Positions 7,759-17,435 of a stretch of DNA of 64,000 nt are shown here, piece after piece. This DNA is from a virus (Duplodnaviria; Caudoviricetes). How positions within the stretch are numbered: the first letter of the stretch is position 1; each line of letters opens with the position of its first letter. A model generated the notes under the pieces. The model did not search any database, was not told the origin of the DNA, and saw only the letters and a list, made by a program, of their open reading frames with translations. Location of the stretch: positions 1-64,000 of the IMG/VR virus record IMGVR_UViG_3300037761_000250; one strand, 5' to 3'. The position numbers and the translations under genes are program-made.

Positions 7759-9942
7759 ATGACTACAGTCCGTAGGCTGGGTAACGCCGACGACATCTCC
7801 TTTTCCACTGGACTCGGAGGTGTCGACGGTGCTACCTATGGTACGATTGCGATTCTGTTCCGCCCGTTGGCGGATCCAGTCTGGCATTGGCTGGTAAAGC
7901 TACACGATATCTCCGGTGTAGAACTAGGTGGTGTCGGGGTACTTAGCGATGGAAGGTTATATTGGGCCGGCGAGACCATCTGGTGGACAGAAGGACCAGC
8001 TGTTACTTTTGGTGATTGGCACGTGTTGGTCGCTCGGAAGAACACTGGCGACTTAAAGCCAAGGTTCAGCTTGCAAAATGTTGCGACGGACATGTGGAAT
8101 CATGCTGATGGCACAGAAACCCAACTGGACTGGATAGCGCCGTCGGGTGGCAGCATTCGCACCAAGGACGCGGCTTCCGGTGAGGGGCCAAACGCCGACT
8201 ACGCCGCAGCAGCATTTTGGGCAAACGAGCTACCGTGGGCGGCCGACACGACTGGCGACGCGGAAATTGAGGCAGCCAACCTCTACGAGCATTTGAACAA
8301 CTGGCGGGATCACAGTCCGTCGTCTGGCTGGCAATTTTCCCAGACTAGCTCCAGTGAAATGGTTGAAGACTTCACCCTTAATCGGGCTGATGAAACATCT
8401 ACCGGTGTTGGCACTCCAATTACCGCAACCGACCTCGACTTTACCTTTGAAGATGTCGGTATCCTCGCCCTGTCTCGTAACTTCTTTCGCGACACCCAGA
8501 CGGAACCCGGCACCGGTGGGATCATTCGGGATTTGTCGGAAACCCAAGGTACCTCCACTACGTTGACCTCGGCAGGCATCTCTGGTGGGTTCACCGAAGT
8601 ATTCCGATTTTGGCGTGTCGTTGACGCTACGGTGGACGCCAGCGTAACCATAGACACGTCAATTGCCATGTCCTCGGTGTCCGCGGCCACACTGGCCTAT
8701 CGATGGCGGGTGCAGCGTTATAACAGTGCCGGCGTGTTGCAGGAAAGTTCCAGTTACTCCAGTGAACACAACACGTTCGGCGTAAAAACGCAGACGATGA
8801 CGTTGACTGGACCATTCGTTGCTGGTGATAGGCTTGCGCTAAGTATGGAACTGCGCAAGACTTCTGGCGGCGGTTCCAGAACCGTTACCCTGAGCGTTAA
8901 CCACCCCAACTCGTGGGTCGAGTTTTCAATTGCCGAGATACCATCGATTACTGGAACCATCAATGTAATAGAGGATTCCGATACTTTAGCTGCTTCTGGC
9001 ACCTCTGTTCCCCCACCAATTAGCGGAACCATCAACGTAACAGAGGCTAATGATACTTTAGCTGCTTCTGGCACGTTTGCTAGTCCAGGAGTAACTGGTA
9101 CTATAGCAGTTACCGAAGATGATGATACTTTAGCTGCAAGTGGTACCTTTGTTCCTCCACCAATTACAGGTACGTTGTCCGTCACTGAAACTGATGATAC
9201 ATTATCCTCCTCAGGTACTTTTACTCCAGCACCAATTAGTGGTACCTTATCAGTTACCGAAGATAACGATACACTTGCAGCTTCTGGTACAGTTACTACG
9301 GGTGGTGTAGTTGGCAGTATTTCTGTAACCGAAGCTGACGATTCTATAGTTGCTACAGGAACATTTGAACTTCCAACAATTTCCGGTACATTGTCTGTTA
9401 CTGAAACTAATGACACTTTATCGGCTACTGGTACTTTTGAAAGCGAAGGTATAACTGGTTCCATTGTAGTAACCGAAGAGAATGATGATTTAACTGCTTC
9501 TGGTACAAATACACTTCCGACGATTTCCGGCATTTTATCTGTTACTGAAACTGATGATGATTTAATTGCTTCTGGTACGAATACGACGCCGACGTTTTCT
9601 GGTACTATTTCTAGTAATGAAGCTGACGATAGTTTAGTTGCTTCTGGTACTTTTACTTCTCCATCAATTACCGGAAGTGTTTCAGTTACTGAACAATCTG
9701 ATTCGTTAGTTGCTACTGGTATTGTAACTTTGCCAGTTATAACGGGTAGTATAGTTGTAACTGAGGAAAACGATGAGTTGGAGGCTTTTGAGTCTTCACC
9801 AATTGTTGCTGCAATTAGAATAATAGATGTCACTGGACCGGCTCGATCGGTCAATCCAAATATCAGTAGTGGACCTAAAATTAAACTAAATACGCCGACT
9901 GGCGTGAATGTTGCAAGAGTTATTACTGGGGTGAGGACATGA
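7759..9942 (+). CDS. Putative virion surface/tail protein with twelve 24-aa repeats
   Basis: Repeats of type PxITGTLSVTExxDTLxASGTFxx from about 8941 to 9800; beta-rich N-terminal domain. Confidence 0.75.
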   Translation: MTTVRRLGNADDISFSTGLGGVDGATYGTIAILFRPLADPVWHWLVKLHDISGVELGGVGVLSDGRLYWAGETIWWTEGPAVTFGDWHVLVARKNTGDLKPRFSLQNVATDMWNHADGTETQLDWIAPSGGSIRTKDAASGEGPNADYAAAAFWANELPWAADTTGDAEIEAANLYEHLNNWRDHSPSSGWQFSQTSSSEMVEDFTLNRADETSTGVGTPITATDLDFTFEDVGILALSRNFFRDTQTEPGTGGIIRDLSETQGTSTTLTSAGISGGFTEVFRFWRVVDATVDASVTIDTSIAMSSVSAATLAYRWRVQRYNSAGVLQESSSYSSEHNTFGVKTQTMTLTGPFVAGDRLALSMELRKTSGGGSRTVTLSVNHPNSWVEFSIAEIPSITGTINVIEDSDTLAASGTSVPPPISGTINVTEANDTLAASGTFASPGVTGTIAVTEDDDTLAASGTFVPPPITGTLSVTETDDTLSSSGTFTPAPISGTLSVTEDNDTLAASGTVTTGGVVGSISVTEADDSIVATGTFELPTISGTLSVTETNDTLSATGTFESEGITGSIVVTEENDDLTASGTNTLPTISGILSVTETDDDLIASGTNTTPTFSGTISSNEADDSLVASGTFTSPSITGSVSVTEQSDSLVATGIVTLPVITGSIVVTEENDELEAFESSPIVAAIRIIDVTGPARSVNPNISSGPKIKLNTPTGVNVARVITGVRT

Positions 9943-10280
9943 CTGCCGAATTAGAACGGGAGACCACTGAATACATATATGCTGGAATAACTGGTGATCT
10001 GCCGTCTAGTACAGTAGAGACAGCGATACTTCCAGCCGCTCAACGACCTATTGAAACTGATTGGGAAACTTCGATCTTAATAAATGACGATACGCACCCG
10101 TTGTGGGCAGATGCAATATCGTCAGGTGTCACAGGTACCTATTTTATAGGTTTATTAATTGGCAGTTTTGGCGGTAATACAGTAGTTCCGGCACCTGGTC
10201 CATATACAATTTGGTATAGAATAACCGATGTGACTGAACGTCCAGTTCGTATTGCACCAGAAGCATTGGAAATACTGTGA
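9939..10280 (+). CDS. Putative virion-associated protein
   Basis: ATGA overlap with previous gene; YTIWYRITD..E.PV motif. Confidence 0.6.
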   Translation: MTAELERETTEYIYAGITGDLPSSTVETAILPAAQRPIETDWETSILINDDTHPLWADAISSGVTGTYFIGLLIGSFGGNTVVPAPGPYTIWYRITDVTERPVRIAPEALEIL

Positions 10281-10510
10281 AAATAATAACTGCTTATGAC
10301 CATAAATCACATGATCTATCCTTCATTTACTTAGCTTTGATGCCTATTGGTTCTAGTCCACAAGAATCGGACTGGAAACCAGCCTATCGTGATATTATAA
10401 ATGGCCAAAGAGTAGTTTGGATTATAGACGAATGGAATCGTCGATCTGTTCTTTGGCTGAGAGATCGGACTGGTGAAAGAAGAGTCAAAATCATTTTGGA
10501 AAGGAGGTGA
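10277..10510 (+). CDS. Hypothetical protein, weakly similar to 9939-10280
   Basis: GTGA overlap; P....DW..A motif in both. Confidence 0.55.
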   Translation: MKIITAYDHKSHDLSFIYLALMPIGSSPQESDWKPAYRDIINGQRVVWIIDEWNRRSVLWLRDRTGERRVKIILERR

Positions 10511-10514
10511 TAAA

Positions 10515-10682
10515 ATGATTAAGCGTGTTCTCGTTGTCATGGCAATGGCCGGTATGATTCTCGGTGGCGCATCCAGCATGGCTTATGCTGAGCAGCCGGG
10601 TCCAGGTGACAGCCAGTGTGTTCCGGGGCAGCAGGGTAATCCGCACCCGGCTCACAAGGCTGGAGTATGTACTAATCCGTAA
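10515..10682 (+). CDS. Small secreted Pro/Gly/Gln-rich peptide
   Basis: AAGGAGG RBS; signal-peptide-like N-terminus ending AYA; two Cys. Confidence 0.7.
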   Translation: MIKRVLVVMAMAGMILGGASSMAYAEQPGPGDSQCVPGQQGNPHPAHKAGVCTNP

Positions 10683-10692
10683 TAATTAATAT

Positions 10693-10728
10693 AATAGCCT
10701 GGTTGTCTTCAACGGCAACCAGGCTATT
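10693..10728. terminator. Bidirectional intrinsic terminator
   Basis: aatagcctggttgtc-ttcaac-ggcaaccaggctatt 15-bp stem at the convergence of the two arms. Confidence 0.85.
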
Positions 10729-11164
10729 TCTTTAGTCTATTTAGATCAAACCAGTTATTTTTCATTTGATATTGCAGTCGATGCCTGGTGGCATCATTGG
10801 CATGTGGTTTTCCTTTAGTGTAAAGTCCTAGTTTCTTTAGTTTGTCATCGTTGAAGAAACCTTTACCATATGATGGTGTTTGAAGTGTAAGTTCGAATTT
10901 ATGTCGTTGTCCCAACCATTTAATAATGCCAATATATTCGACTGGCGTATAGTCAACATTGGACCGTTGAGTATGCACGAAACTTTCACCAACTAAATGT
11001 GTTGGCCAAACGTCTAAGATCTCTTCAATAAGTTCATCGTGGTTGACTTCTTTTTCCCAGCTTACTACACCTTGTTCCTCTGGAGGTTCACCCCTAATAA
11101 ATTCAGTAACTTCTGCAAACGAGAACCCAGTAGTCTTTCCAGGATCAATTGCCAGAATGCGCAT
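10724..11164 (-). CDS. RuvC-like Holliday junction resolvase
   Basis: N-terminal ILAIDPGKTTG, GESF, HANDA motifs. Confidence 0.8.
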   Translation of the reverse strand: MRILAIDPGKTTGFSFAEVTEFIRGEPPEEQGVVSWEKEVNHDELIEEILDVWPTHLVGESFVHTQRSNVDYTPVEYIGIIKWLGQRHKFELTLQTPSYGKGFFNDDKLKKLGLYTKGKPHANDATRHRLQYQMKNNWFDLNRLKK

Positions 11165-11434
11165 TTATTCATCCTCTGTTAGATATCTTTCCTGTCGATT
11201 TACATTCTCTACTATACGCTCGCCGGTATGTAAAAGTCCTAATGTTACGTGCTCAGCTTGGTCGCCTCCCTTAACTATACTGGAATATGTGGAAACTGAA
11301 TCTCCTTCATTGTCTATATTGTATTGATGAGTAATCAGTACCCAGGAAGTGAGAACTCCTGAATCAGCCCAACCTACATCGCGTAGATAATCTTCAACTG
11401 ATTTATCTAACTTTTCTTGTTCCTCTTTTTTCAT
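11165..11434 (-). CDS. Hypothetical protein
   Basis: ORF in minus-strand operon. Confidence 0.65.
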   Translation of the reverse strand: MKKEEQEKLDKSVEDYLRDVGWADSGVLTSWVLITHQYNIDNEGDSVSTYSSIVKGGDQAEHVTLGLLHTGERIVENVNRQERYLTEDE

Positions 11435-11593
11435 GTTATTCCTCGAATCAGCACAGTTATTCGCTCACGCTGCCGGCTGAATAAAATCAGTCCCTTACCC
11501 ATGGACCACCGAATGAGCCGATAATAAATGAAGTTGATCTTGCTTGCTGAACACATAAGATAATTATGTGTTCAATTGCTTTATCAAGATCAT

Positions 11594-11902
11594 TCATTTA
11601 CCACTTATGATGTTGGAAACAACCGCGGGGGTATCTGTCCAGGTGTTGTGTCCATCCACAATCCATTGAGCTACCTCAACGAGATCTATTGGGCTTACAT
11701 TATGGCTGGTGAATGGTGTTTTGTCACCCAGCACTGATCGTGCCTCATGCAAAGCAGCTGCTCGCGTTTGTTGCGCGCCGCTTAGGGGGTTCTCTTCTGT
11801 TTTCACCACGTTTTCATCTCCAATGACAATCTCATTCAATTGTTGTTTAGCTGAAATAGCATCAATAATTTCTTTATTCTTTGCATCAATTACGTACGCC
11901 AT
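11594..11902 (-). CDS. Hypothetical protein
   Basis: ORF in minus-strand operon. Confidence 0.65.
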   Translation of the reverse strand: MAYVIDAKNKEIIDAISAKQQLNEIVIGDENVVKTEENPLSGAQQTRAAALHEARSVLGDKTPFTSHNVSPIDLVEVAQWIVDGHNTWTDTPAVVSNIISGK

Positions 11903-12010
11903 TATCGCCTCAACCTTCGCATGGTAATTTCACGAATTCGACGTTTGTATTCTCTCCTCAATCGTATGACGAAGATCGAACGTCTGATTACGAGATTATG
12001 TTGTAACAGA

Positions 12011-12316
12011 TCAATTCGACTTAGCTTTTTTGAATCTTTGCAATGCTCGGTTTCTGATTTTGACAAGATCACTACCCTCCAAAATTGCGATGAATACGCA
12101 AGCAGTTTCAGCTCGTCCCTTGTCTAATCCATCGGCTGCTTCCTGATTAGTCATCAGCCTTTCGATTATAGTATCCAATTCTTCCCAATACATTCTGCTA
12201 AGCCAAACCATTTCTGACACCTTACCACATTTGTCATGAACCCAAGTCTGATTTCCTATGTCGGTCCACCCTGAATTTCTAGGGCGATTGCATTTACAAT
12301 ATGGTTTATCCTGCAT
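12011..12316 (-). CDS. Hypothetical protein with Cys/His motifs
   Basis: YCKC and HDKC; overlaps upstream gene. Confidence 0.6.
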   Translation of the reverse strand: MQDKPYCKCNRPRNSGWTDIGNQTWVHDKCGKVSEMVWLSRMYWEELDTIIERLMTNQEAADGLDKGRAETACVFIAILEGSDLVKIRNRALQRFKKAKSN

Positions 12317-12731
12317 TTGTGCTCCGAATCTCTCTGAGTAGAATCTCTTTGAGTATACTTAATGTGTCAGGCCAGTTTTCAAACCGCACAGCTCTGTCGT
12401 CGATGTAGAATAATGCTGGAAGTTTCCTATTAGTAACTAATATCTTTGATTGGTCTTTCCAGAATTCTAGGTCATCATAAGTGAAACCTAATCTAGAGCG
12501 TTCTGCGATATCATTTTGTGTAACACATGGAATATCAAACTGTTCTTTTATCCAAATCGCTACGTCTCCTGTGTCTCTAGTAGTTAAAATAAATACCGCA
12601 TATTTGTCCATAAGTTGTATCAAGGATTCCTTAGCTCCATAGACAGGTTCGTCATATATAGAACCATCTTTCCAACCTTGGCTATATTTATGGATAACTC
12701 CATCGAAATCTACTGCTACTGCATAAGCCAT
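12306..12731 (-). CDS. HAD-superfamily phosphatase (5'-nucleotidase/PNKP phosphatase-like)
   Basis: AVDFDGVIH motif I, LTTR, YIDDRAV motif IV. Confidence 0.8.
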   Translation of the reverse strand: MAYAVAVDFDGVIHKYSQGWKDGSIYDEPVYGAKESLIQLMDKYAVFILTTRDTGDVAIWIKEQFDIPCVTQNDIAERSRLGFTYDDLEFWKDQSKILVTNRKLPALFYIDDRAVRFENWPDTLSILKEILLREIRSTNAG

Positions 12732-12882
12732 TACTTTTCTTCCTTTGTAGTTTTGATGGGTTCGTAATAATAAAACCAGCAATCGACAAAGAACGATTTC
12801 TCGCTATAAACTCTTTGTCGAGTTCCAGTTCTTTTAGCCTCAGCATTAGCTATTTCTAGAGTTGTTTTCCAGTCGCGAAAAT

Positions 12883-13068
12883 TCATTCTACCTTCTCAAA
12901 TTCATCGGAATGCGCCCAATCGTCTGCGCCGGTCGCCGGATCCTCGAATCGGAATAATTCTGGGCTATCACAATCGTATTCGTTGCAAGTACCAATCTCC
13001 AGCACTTCTACCACGAACGCGACATTCACCATTTTCACCTTATCGCCAACGTTAAACTTCGACATCAC
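12883..13068 (-). CDS. Hypothetical SH3/KOW-like small protein
   Basis: KFNVGDKVK start. Confidence 0.55.
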   Translation of the reverse strand: MMSKFNVGDKVKMVNVAFVVEVLEIGTCNEYDCDSPELFRFEDPATGADDWAHSDEFEKVE

Positions 13069-13080
13069 TTCTCCCTTGGT

Positions 13081-13317
13081 TTAATAAACAAAAAATAACA
13101 TGACAAACATAAAAATTAATATAATTGCGGTACTTATCCACGTTAATTCCTTCTGGATTTTGGCATGTTTGATCCAAAACCGTTCCATTTCATTCCAGAA
13201 CCGTTCCATTTGACTCCAGAACTCTACTTTAGCATTGTACCACTCTAGACTGCCTGGTTTAACAGTGCGATCCATCTTGGGTGGCTTAGGTATTGGGTTA
13301 TTCCATCGTTTGAACAT
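13081..13317 (-). CDS. Small membrane protein
   Basis: C-terminal transmembrane helix. Confidence 0.6.
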   Translation of the reverse strand: MFKRWNNPIPKPPKMDRTVKPGSLEWYNAKVEFWSQMERFWNEMERFWIKHAKIQKELTWISTAIILIFMFVMLFFVY

Positions 13318-13627
13318 TTTGCGTATAGTCCTCGATCTCCCTTGGCTTAATAAAGACTGGCGTGTCGACTATATCGTATTTAATTGAATCTTGACGATAT
13401 CTTTCTGCCAAGATACGTAAATCATCTTTTAGATCTTTGTCATTTTCAGTATTTATTTCTACGCACCAGCAAGCATTTTGGTAATGATCGCCAACTTGTG
13501 TTTTCCAGAATCCATGTATGTTTGCAAAATACTCTACCACTACCCTAACATCATCGATGAAGTCTTCATATTCAACATACGACAATTTTTTGTCAGTGTT
13601 CCCAATACAAATATAGACTGTTTTCAT
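13298..13627 (-). CDS. Hypothetical protein
   Basis: GGAGG RBS; ORF in operon. Confidence 0.65.
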   Translation of the reverse strand: MKTVYICIGNTDKKLSYVEYEDFIDDVRVVVEYFANIHGFWKTQVGDHYQNACWCVEINTENDKDLKDDLRILAERYRQDSIKYDIVDTPVFIKPREIEDYTQNVQTME

Positions 13628-13747
13628 TTGTTCCTCCTTGTGTACCATCGGTAGATGGGAATTACTATTGGATTAAGTATGGGATCAGTATATTTACGGA
13701 TTCCATACCATAAAACAGCAAACTTGGTGTGAAGATACTTATATATC

Positions 13748-14026
13748 CTAATTACAATTCTCCGTAATTCTTCTACTGAGCTCATTAGATGCTTTCTCTT
13801 GAACATCTTTACTTACCTCTATGTTATACGGCGAACGAGTTAACCTATTGACTAACGCTTCTACCATGTTATCGGAAACAGCAGTTAAACAATTTCCTGC
13901 AATAGCATTTTTTGCTTCTTCCATATGTACGTATGTGTGAACGTATTCATCTTTTTGTACAATATGAAATGTCAGCCGCCAGATGTTGTATTTGGCAACA
14001 TAATCTACGAAATAAATTATTTTCAT
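13748..14026 (-). CDS. Hypothetical protein
   Basis: ORF in operon. Confidence 0.55.
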   Translation of the reverse strand: MKIIYFVDYVAKYNIWRLTFHIVQKDEYVHTYVHMEEAKNAIAGNCLTAVSDNMVEALVNRLTRSPYNIEVSKDVQEKASNELSRRITENCN

Positions 14027-14035
14027 TCTACCTTC

Positions 14036-14614
14036 TCAAACTCCACGTGTCGGCCACCCCGAGAATTTCCTAAGATCAGTTCTAAAGTATTTGATATCTA
14101 CCAAGCAATCTTGCCAATATTCGTAATGGGCAATATAAGGTAGATATGTGAATAGATTCTCTCGCGGTCCAACTACCATGATTTGCCTATTGGTTGACCA
14201 TCTTGAAGAATATGGTTCTAAATCACTAAGTGATTTTAGAAGTTCAATAACACCAATGGCAATTCCTAACTCCACGTGTCGGCCACCCCGAGAATTTCCG
14301 CTTCTAGGTTCCTCAGTAAATGCTATCAATGTATCAGCGATCATTAGATCTTCAACATCGTCATGTACGAATTTTTGTCTTAGTTTGTATGTTTCTAGTT
14401 CCTTGTCTTTAATACTAGCAAGATTGGTGCCATCATCTTCTACTAGTTTTTCACCTAGTTCGGAAATAGGACTGCCTTCATTGTCAATTTGATGCGATCC
14501 GTTAAGCCATCTAGAAGTGACTTCAATACCTAAATAATTTAAGTCTTCTCTGTATGCACATAATTCAAGACGACGACTGTATCTAGCAGCCAGATAAATT
14601 TTATTTGGTTTCAT
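14036..14614 (-). CDS. Nucleoside 2-deoxyribosyltransferase-like protein
   Basis: IYLAARYSR, D..D...AD.LIAFTE, GGRHVELG.A, VVGPREN.F motifs. Confidence 0.7.
   Translation of the reverse strand: MKPNKIYLAARYSRRLELCAYREDLNYLGIEVTSRWLNGSHQIDNEGSPISELGEKLVEDDGTNLASIKDKELETYKLRQKFVHDDVEDLMIADTLIAFTEEPRSGNSRGGRHVELGIAIGVIELLKSLSDLEPYSSRWSTNRQIMVVGPRENLFTYLPYIAHYEYWQDCLVDIKYFRTDLRKFSGWPTRGV
14039..14299. repeat. 32-bp exact direct repeat
   Basis: aactccacgtgtcggccaccccgagaatttcc at 14039-14070 and 14268-14299. Confidence 0.9.
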
Positions 14615-14615
14615 G

Positions 14616-16934
14616 TTACAATTCTCCAAGCCTAGTGGCGTAAGTTGTGTCTACCGTGAACGGAACAAGATCAGTAAATTCTGCGGCCGACCTTACCATT
14701 TCCTCAACCATAATCTTCGCAACTTCTTCTTTATCTTTCTCGGCACATTCTGCTACGATTGAATCATGCACTAGAAGTCTTATCAATGCAATACCTTCCA
14801 GCCGTGGACGCAATCTGATTGCAGCTCTTAGACAAATATCACTGGCGATGGATTGTGGCTGGAATGACAATGCTTCGTTTAATACATCTTTTAAATTTTC
14901 ATTTGTTATCAGGTGGAAGGTCCGTTTTCGTCCGAATGGAGTCCATAATTCTTGCTCGTTCAGCGTCTGCTGCTTTACGGATTGTTGCCACGCTACCACA
15001 CCAGGAATAAGCTCTTTGAAATCCCGCAAAAGTTCTACCGACTCTGATAAAGATATCCCCAGTTCGTGGGCGATCGACTTCGCTTCTCTCCCGTAACTTA
15101 ATCCGTAGAAAACGGATTTTATGCTTACTCGTCGTTCCTTCTTGAGAACTTGGTTGTTCCACCACTCACCTTCACCCCAAATCTGCATACATAAATTATT
15201 GAAAATGTCCACTTTGGTGTTTCGAAATAATGAAAGAAGGTATTCGTCTTTGCTCAAATGTGCAATTGTCCTACCCTCGGCTTGTTTGTAGTCGCCTTGG
15301 ACGAATACATGTCCCGGGAGGCAAACGAACTGATTACGAATGTCTTTGTCTCGGTCCACGTTTTGCAAGTTAGGGTTACGAGAAGCAAGTCGTCCGCTAG
15401 TGGTTGCATGTAGAGAATAAGTGGTGTAGATTTTTCCATCTCTAACCTTTCGTCGTAATCCTTTTACGTAAGTTCCATATAATTTTCCAAATCGACGATT
15501 TACTAATAGTAAGTCTACAAACGGACCAACTGGATCGCGCAATGACAAACGAATCTGTTTCAAGAAATCTTTTGATGTTGTTGGTATTGTATATCCGTGT
15601 TCGGCAAAATATCGCTGAATCTGAATTGGAGATCGAGGATTCAACTTCTTACCAATAGCCGCTTCGATCTCGGCCTCAGACTTATCTAATTTTTCTTCAT
15701 AAACTTCGTGTAGATGCTGGTTGTATTCAAGGTCGAAGTAGATTCCGTTTAATTCAATGTGCATCAGTTCATTTGCTGCTTCGATCAAGAATTTGTGCAA
15801 CTTCTTGTTATCTGCCGACATCTTGGATTCTTGTTGTTCAATCAAATCCCAAGTAGAGCAAGCATCATATGCATTGTATTTGTAAAGAATAGGTTTTGGA
15901 ATTTTGGCGTAACTTCCGTCTTTTCCTTTAACGTACTTTTGTATTTCCTCGTCATAACGAGGAGCACCTAAGTCTTCAACCGCTCTGTCTTTAAGGCCAT
16001 GCTGGCGTGGTCGTTCATCCAATACGTAAGATCGAAGCATCCCGTCTCCACTTAATTTTTTTACTCCAAACAGTGGAGATAGCCCAAGCATATCGAATTT
16101 TCCATTCCAGGCTTCTACTGGAACTTTCTCTATCAATTTGGCAAATGCGGCAATACAGGCTTCGTCTTTGAATACCCGATCTCCAAAAACCACAGCCTGT
16201 GACTTGGTGTACGCCACACCCACACAAAGGATTTCATAGTTCTCTGGGTGGGAATCATCCAAATCTTTGTCCGAAGCCGCCTCGATATCAATGACAACTT
16301 TGTCGACCGAGCTAAGCCTATTAATAGCCACAAGCGCGGTAGTCGGATCGTTAAATACTTTATATATGGGCGGCCGCCAACTGAGTGGATCATTGAATAA
16401 TTTTCCTACGTCGGTAACGAAACTTGGGAAAGCATCAGGTGTCCTTAAACAAAATGCCGGATGCCAGGTACTTATTACTGGACCATACTTTGATGAACGA
16501 TCCCAACCAATCCGAAGTTTTGTAATTTTAGTTTTGGTATTAAGAAGAACCTGGGCCGATGTACCGCCAACGGCAAGAATCTTCGGAGCTGCTGCTTTCT
16601 CTAGATCATATTCCAACCGCTCATTACAGGCACTAATTACTTGCTTTGGAGGTTTTTCAGTAGGTCCATATGGACGACAGCTTACAGTATTAATTAAAGC
16701 AATATCTTTGCGCTCAATTCCGTGATAATTTAGTACCGATTCCAGCAACTCACCCGAAGGTCCGGTGAACGGGATGCCGGACCTAGCCTCCTGCGCTCCC
16801 GGTGCCTCGCCCACCACCGCTAGCCTAGCCGAGCCGGCTGGGAATTGGCTTGGGACGTACTTGCCTACCTCACGCCACGGGCAAATTTCGCACGCTGCCT
16901 TCGGATGCTTTCTTGCTGGAATTTCCATTTTCAC
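14616..16934 (-). CDS. polA: Family A DNA polymerase with N-terminal family-4 uracil-DNA glycosylase domain
   Basis: VGEAPG, PFTGPSG, TWHPA and Fe-S Cys (UDG); DIEA and YNAYDA (3'-5' exonuclease); TSGRLAS..PNLQN, GDYKQAE, K...YG..YG, VHDSI (PolA). Confidence 0.95.
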   Translation of the reverse strand: MKMEIPARKHPKAACEICPWREVGKYVPSQFPAGSARLAVVGEAPGAQEARSGIPFTGPSGELLESVLNYHGIERKDIALINTVSCRPYGPTEKPPKQVISACNERLEYDLEKAAAPKILAVGGTSAQVLLNTKTKITKLRIGWDRSSKYGPVISTWHPAFCLRTPDAFPSFVTDVGKLFNDPLSWRPPIYKVFNDPTTALVAINRLSSVDKVVIDIEAASDKDLDDSHPENYEILCVGVAYTKSQAVVFGDRVFKDEACIAAFAKLIEKVPVEAWNGKFDMLGLSPLFGVKKLSGDGMLRSYVLDERPRQHGLKDRAVEDLGAPRYDEEIQKYVKGKDGSYAKIPKPILYKYNAYDACSTWDLIEQQESKMSADNKKLHKFLIEAANELMHIELNGIYFDLEYNQHLHEVYEEKLDKSEAEIEAAIGKKLNPRSPIQIQRYFAEHGYTIPTTSKDFLKQIRLSLRDPVGPFVDLLLVNRRFGKLYGTYVKGLRRKVRDGKIYTTYSLHATTSGRLASRNPNLQNVDRDKDIRNQFVCLPGHVFVQGDYKQAEGRTIAHLSKDEYLLSLFRNTKVDIFNNLCMQIWGEGEWWNNQVLKKERRVSIKSVFYGLSYGREAKSIAHELGISLSESVELLRDFKELIPGVVAWQQSVKQQTLNEQELWTPFGRKRTFHLITNENLKDVLNEALSFQPQSIASDICLRAAIRLRPRLEGIALIRLLVHDSIVAECAEKDKEEVAKIMVEEMVRSAAEFTDLVPFTVDTTYATRLGEL

Positions 16935-16956
16935 CTACTAATACTATTTATTATTT

Positions 16957-17169
16957 CTACGTGTTCAAATATTTGATCAAGATCAGTGCGTTCTTTGTAA
17001 GTTCCATAAAATACAAATTTCGCCTTGGATACTCCCCGCAATTGTGAACAGTGGGAAACATATATCGCTTTTTCTTGTCTCTTGGGTTTATGTCATTCTC
17101 GCGGCAATAATCATAAAACTGCCTGTAGTCTCCAGCTACAACATACTTAGTAATTGGTTCCATTTTCAC
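16957..17169 (-). CDS. Hypothetical protein
   Basis: ORF in operon. Confidence 0.5.
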   Translation of the reverse strand: MKMEPITKYVVAGDYRQFYDYCRENDINPRDKKKRYMFPTVHNCGEYPRRNLYFMELTKNALILIKYLNT

Positions 17170-17435
17170 CTCCTGGATTTATATATGACTTCAATTAAAA
17201 TTTCTGGATTGATACCAGTTTTCAAACAACCCTGCATAAATTCAGTGATTTGTTTAACCGAAAATCCGTATGCCCAAAGCAGCTTGGTCCACTCGTGTGT
17301 TTTGGTATATGAAAATGGTAAGTACCGACTAAGATTAGTTGCTAGTTCTTCGTATTCTTTATCCACTACTACCGTAACCAGTTCCGTCAGGATATATAAT
17401 TGTGTAAGGCAATTTTGCTGATTTTGCATATTCAA
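17166..17435 (-). CDS. Hypothetical protein
   Basis: ORF in operon. Confidence 0.5.
   Translation of the reverse strand: MNMQNQQNCLTQLYILTELVTVVVDKEYEELATNLSRYLPFSYTKTHEWTKLLWAYGFSVKQITEFMQGCLKTGINPEILIEVIYKSRR

Noticed and set aside
8754-9854. 366-aa minus-strand ORF
   Set aside because: Antisense to the repeat domain of 7759-9942; the periodicity mirrors the sense repeats.
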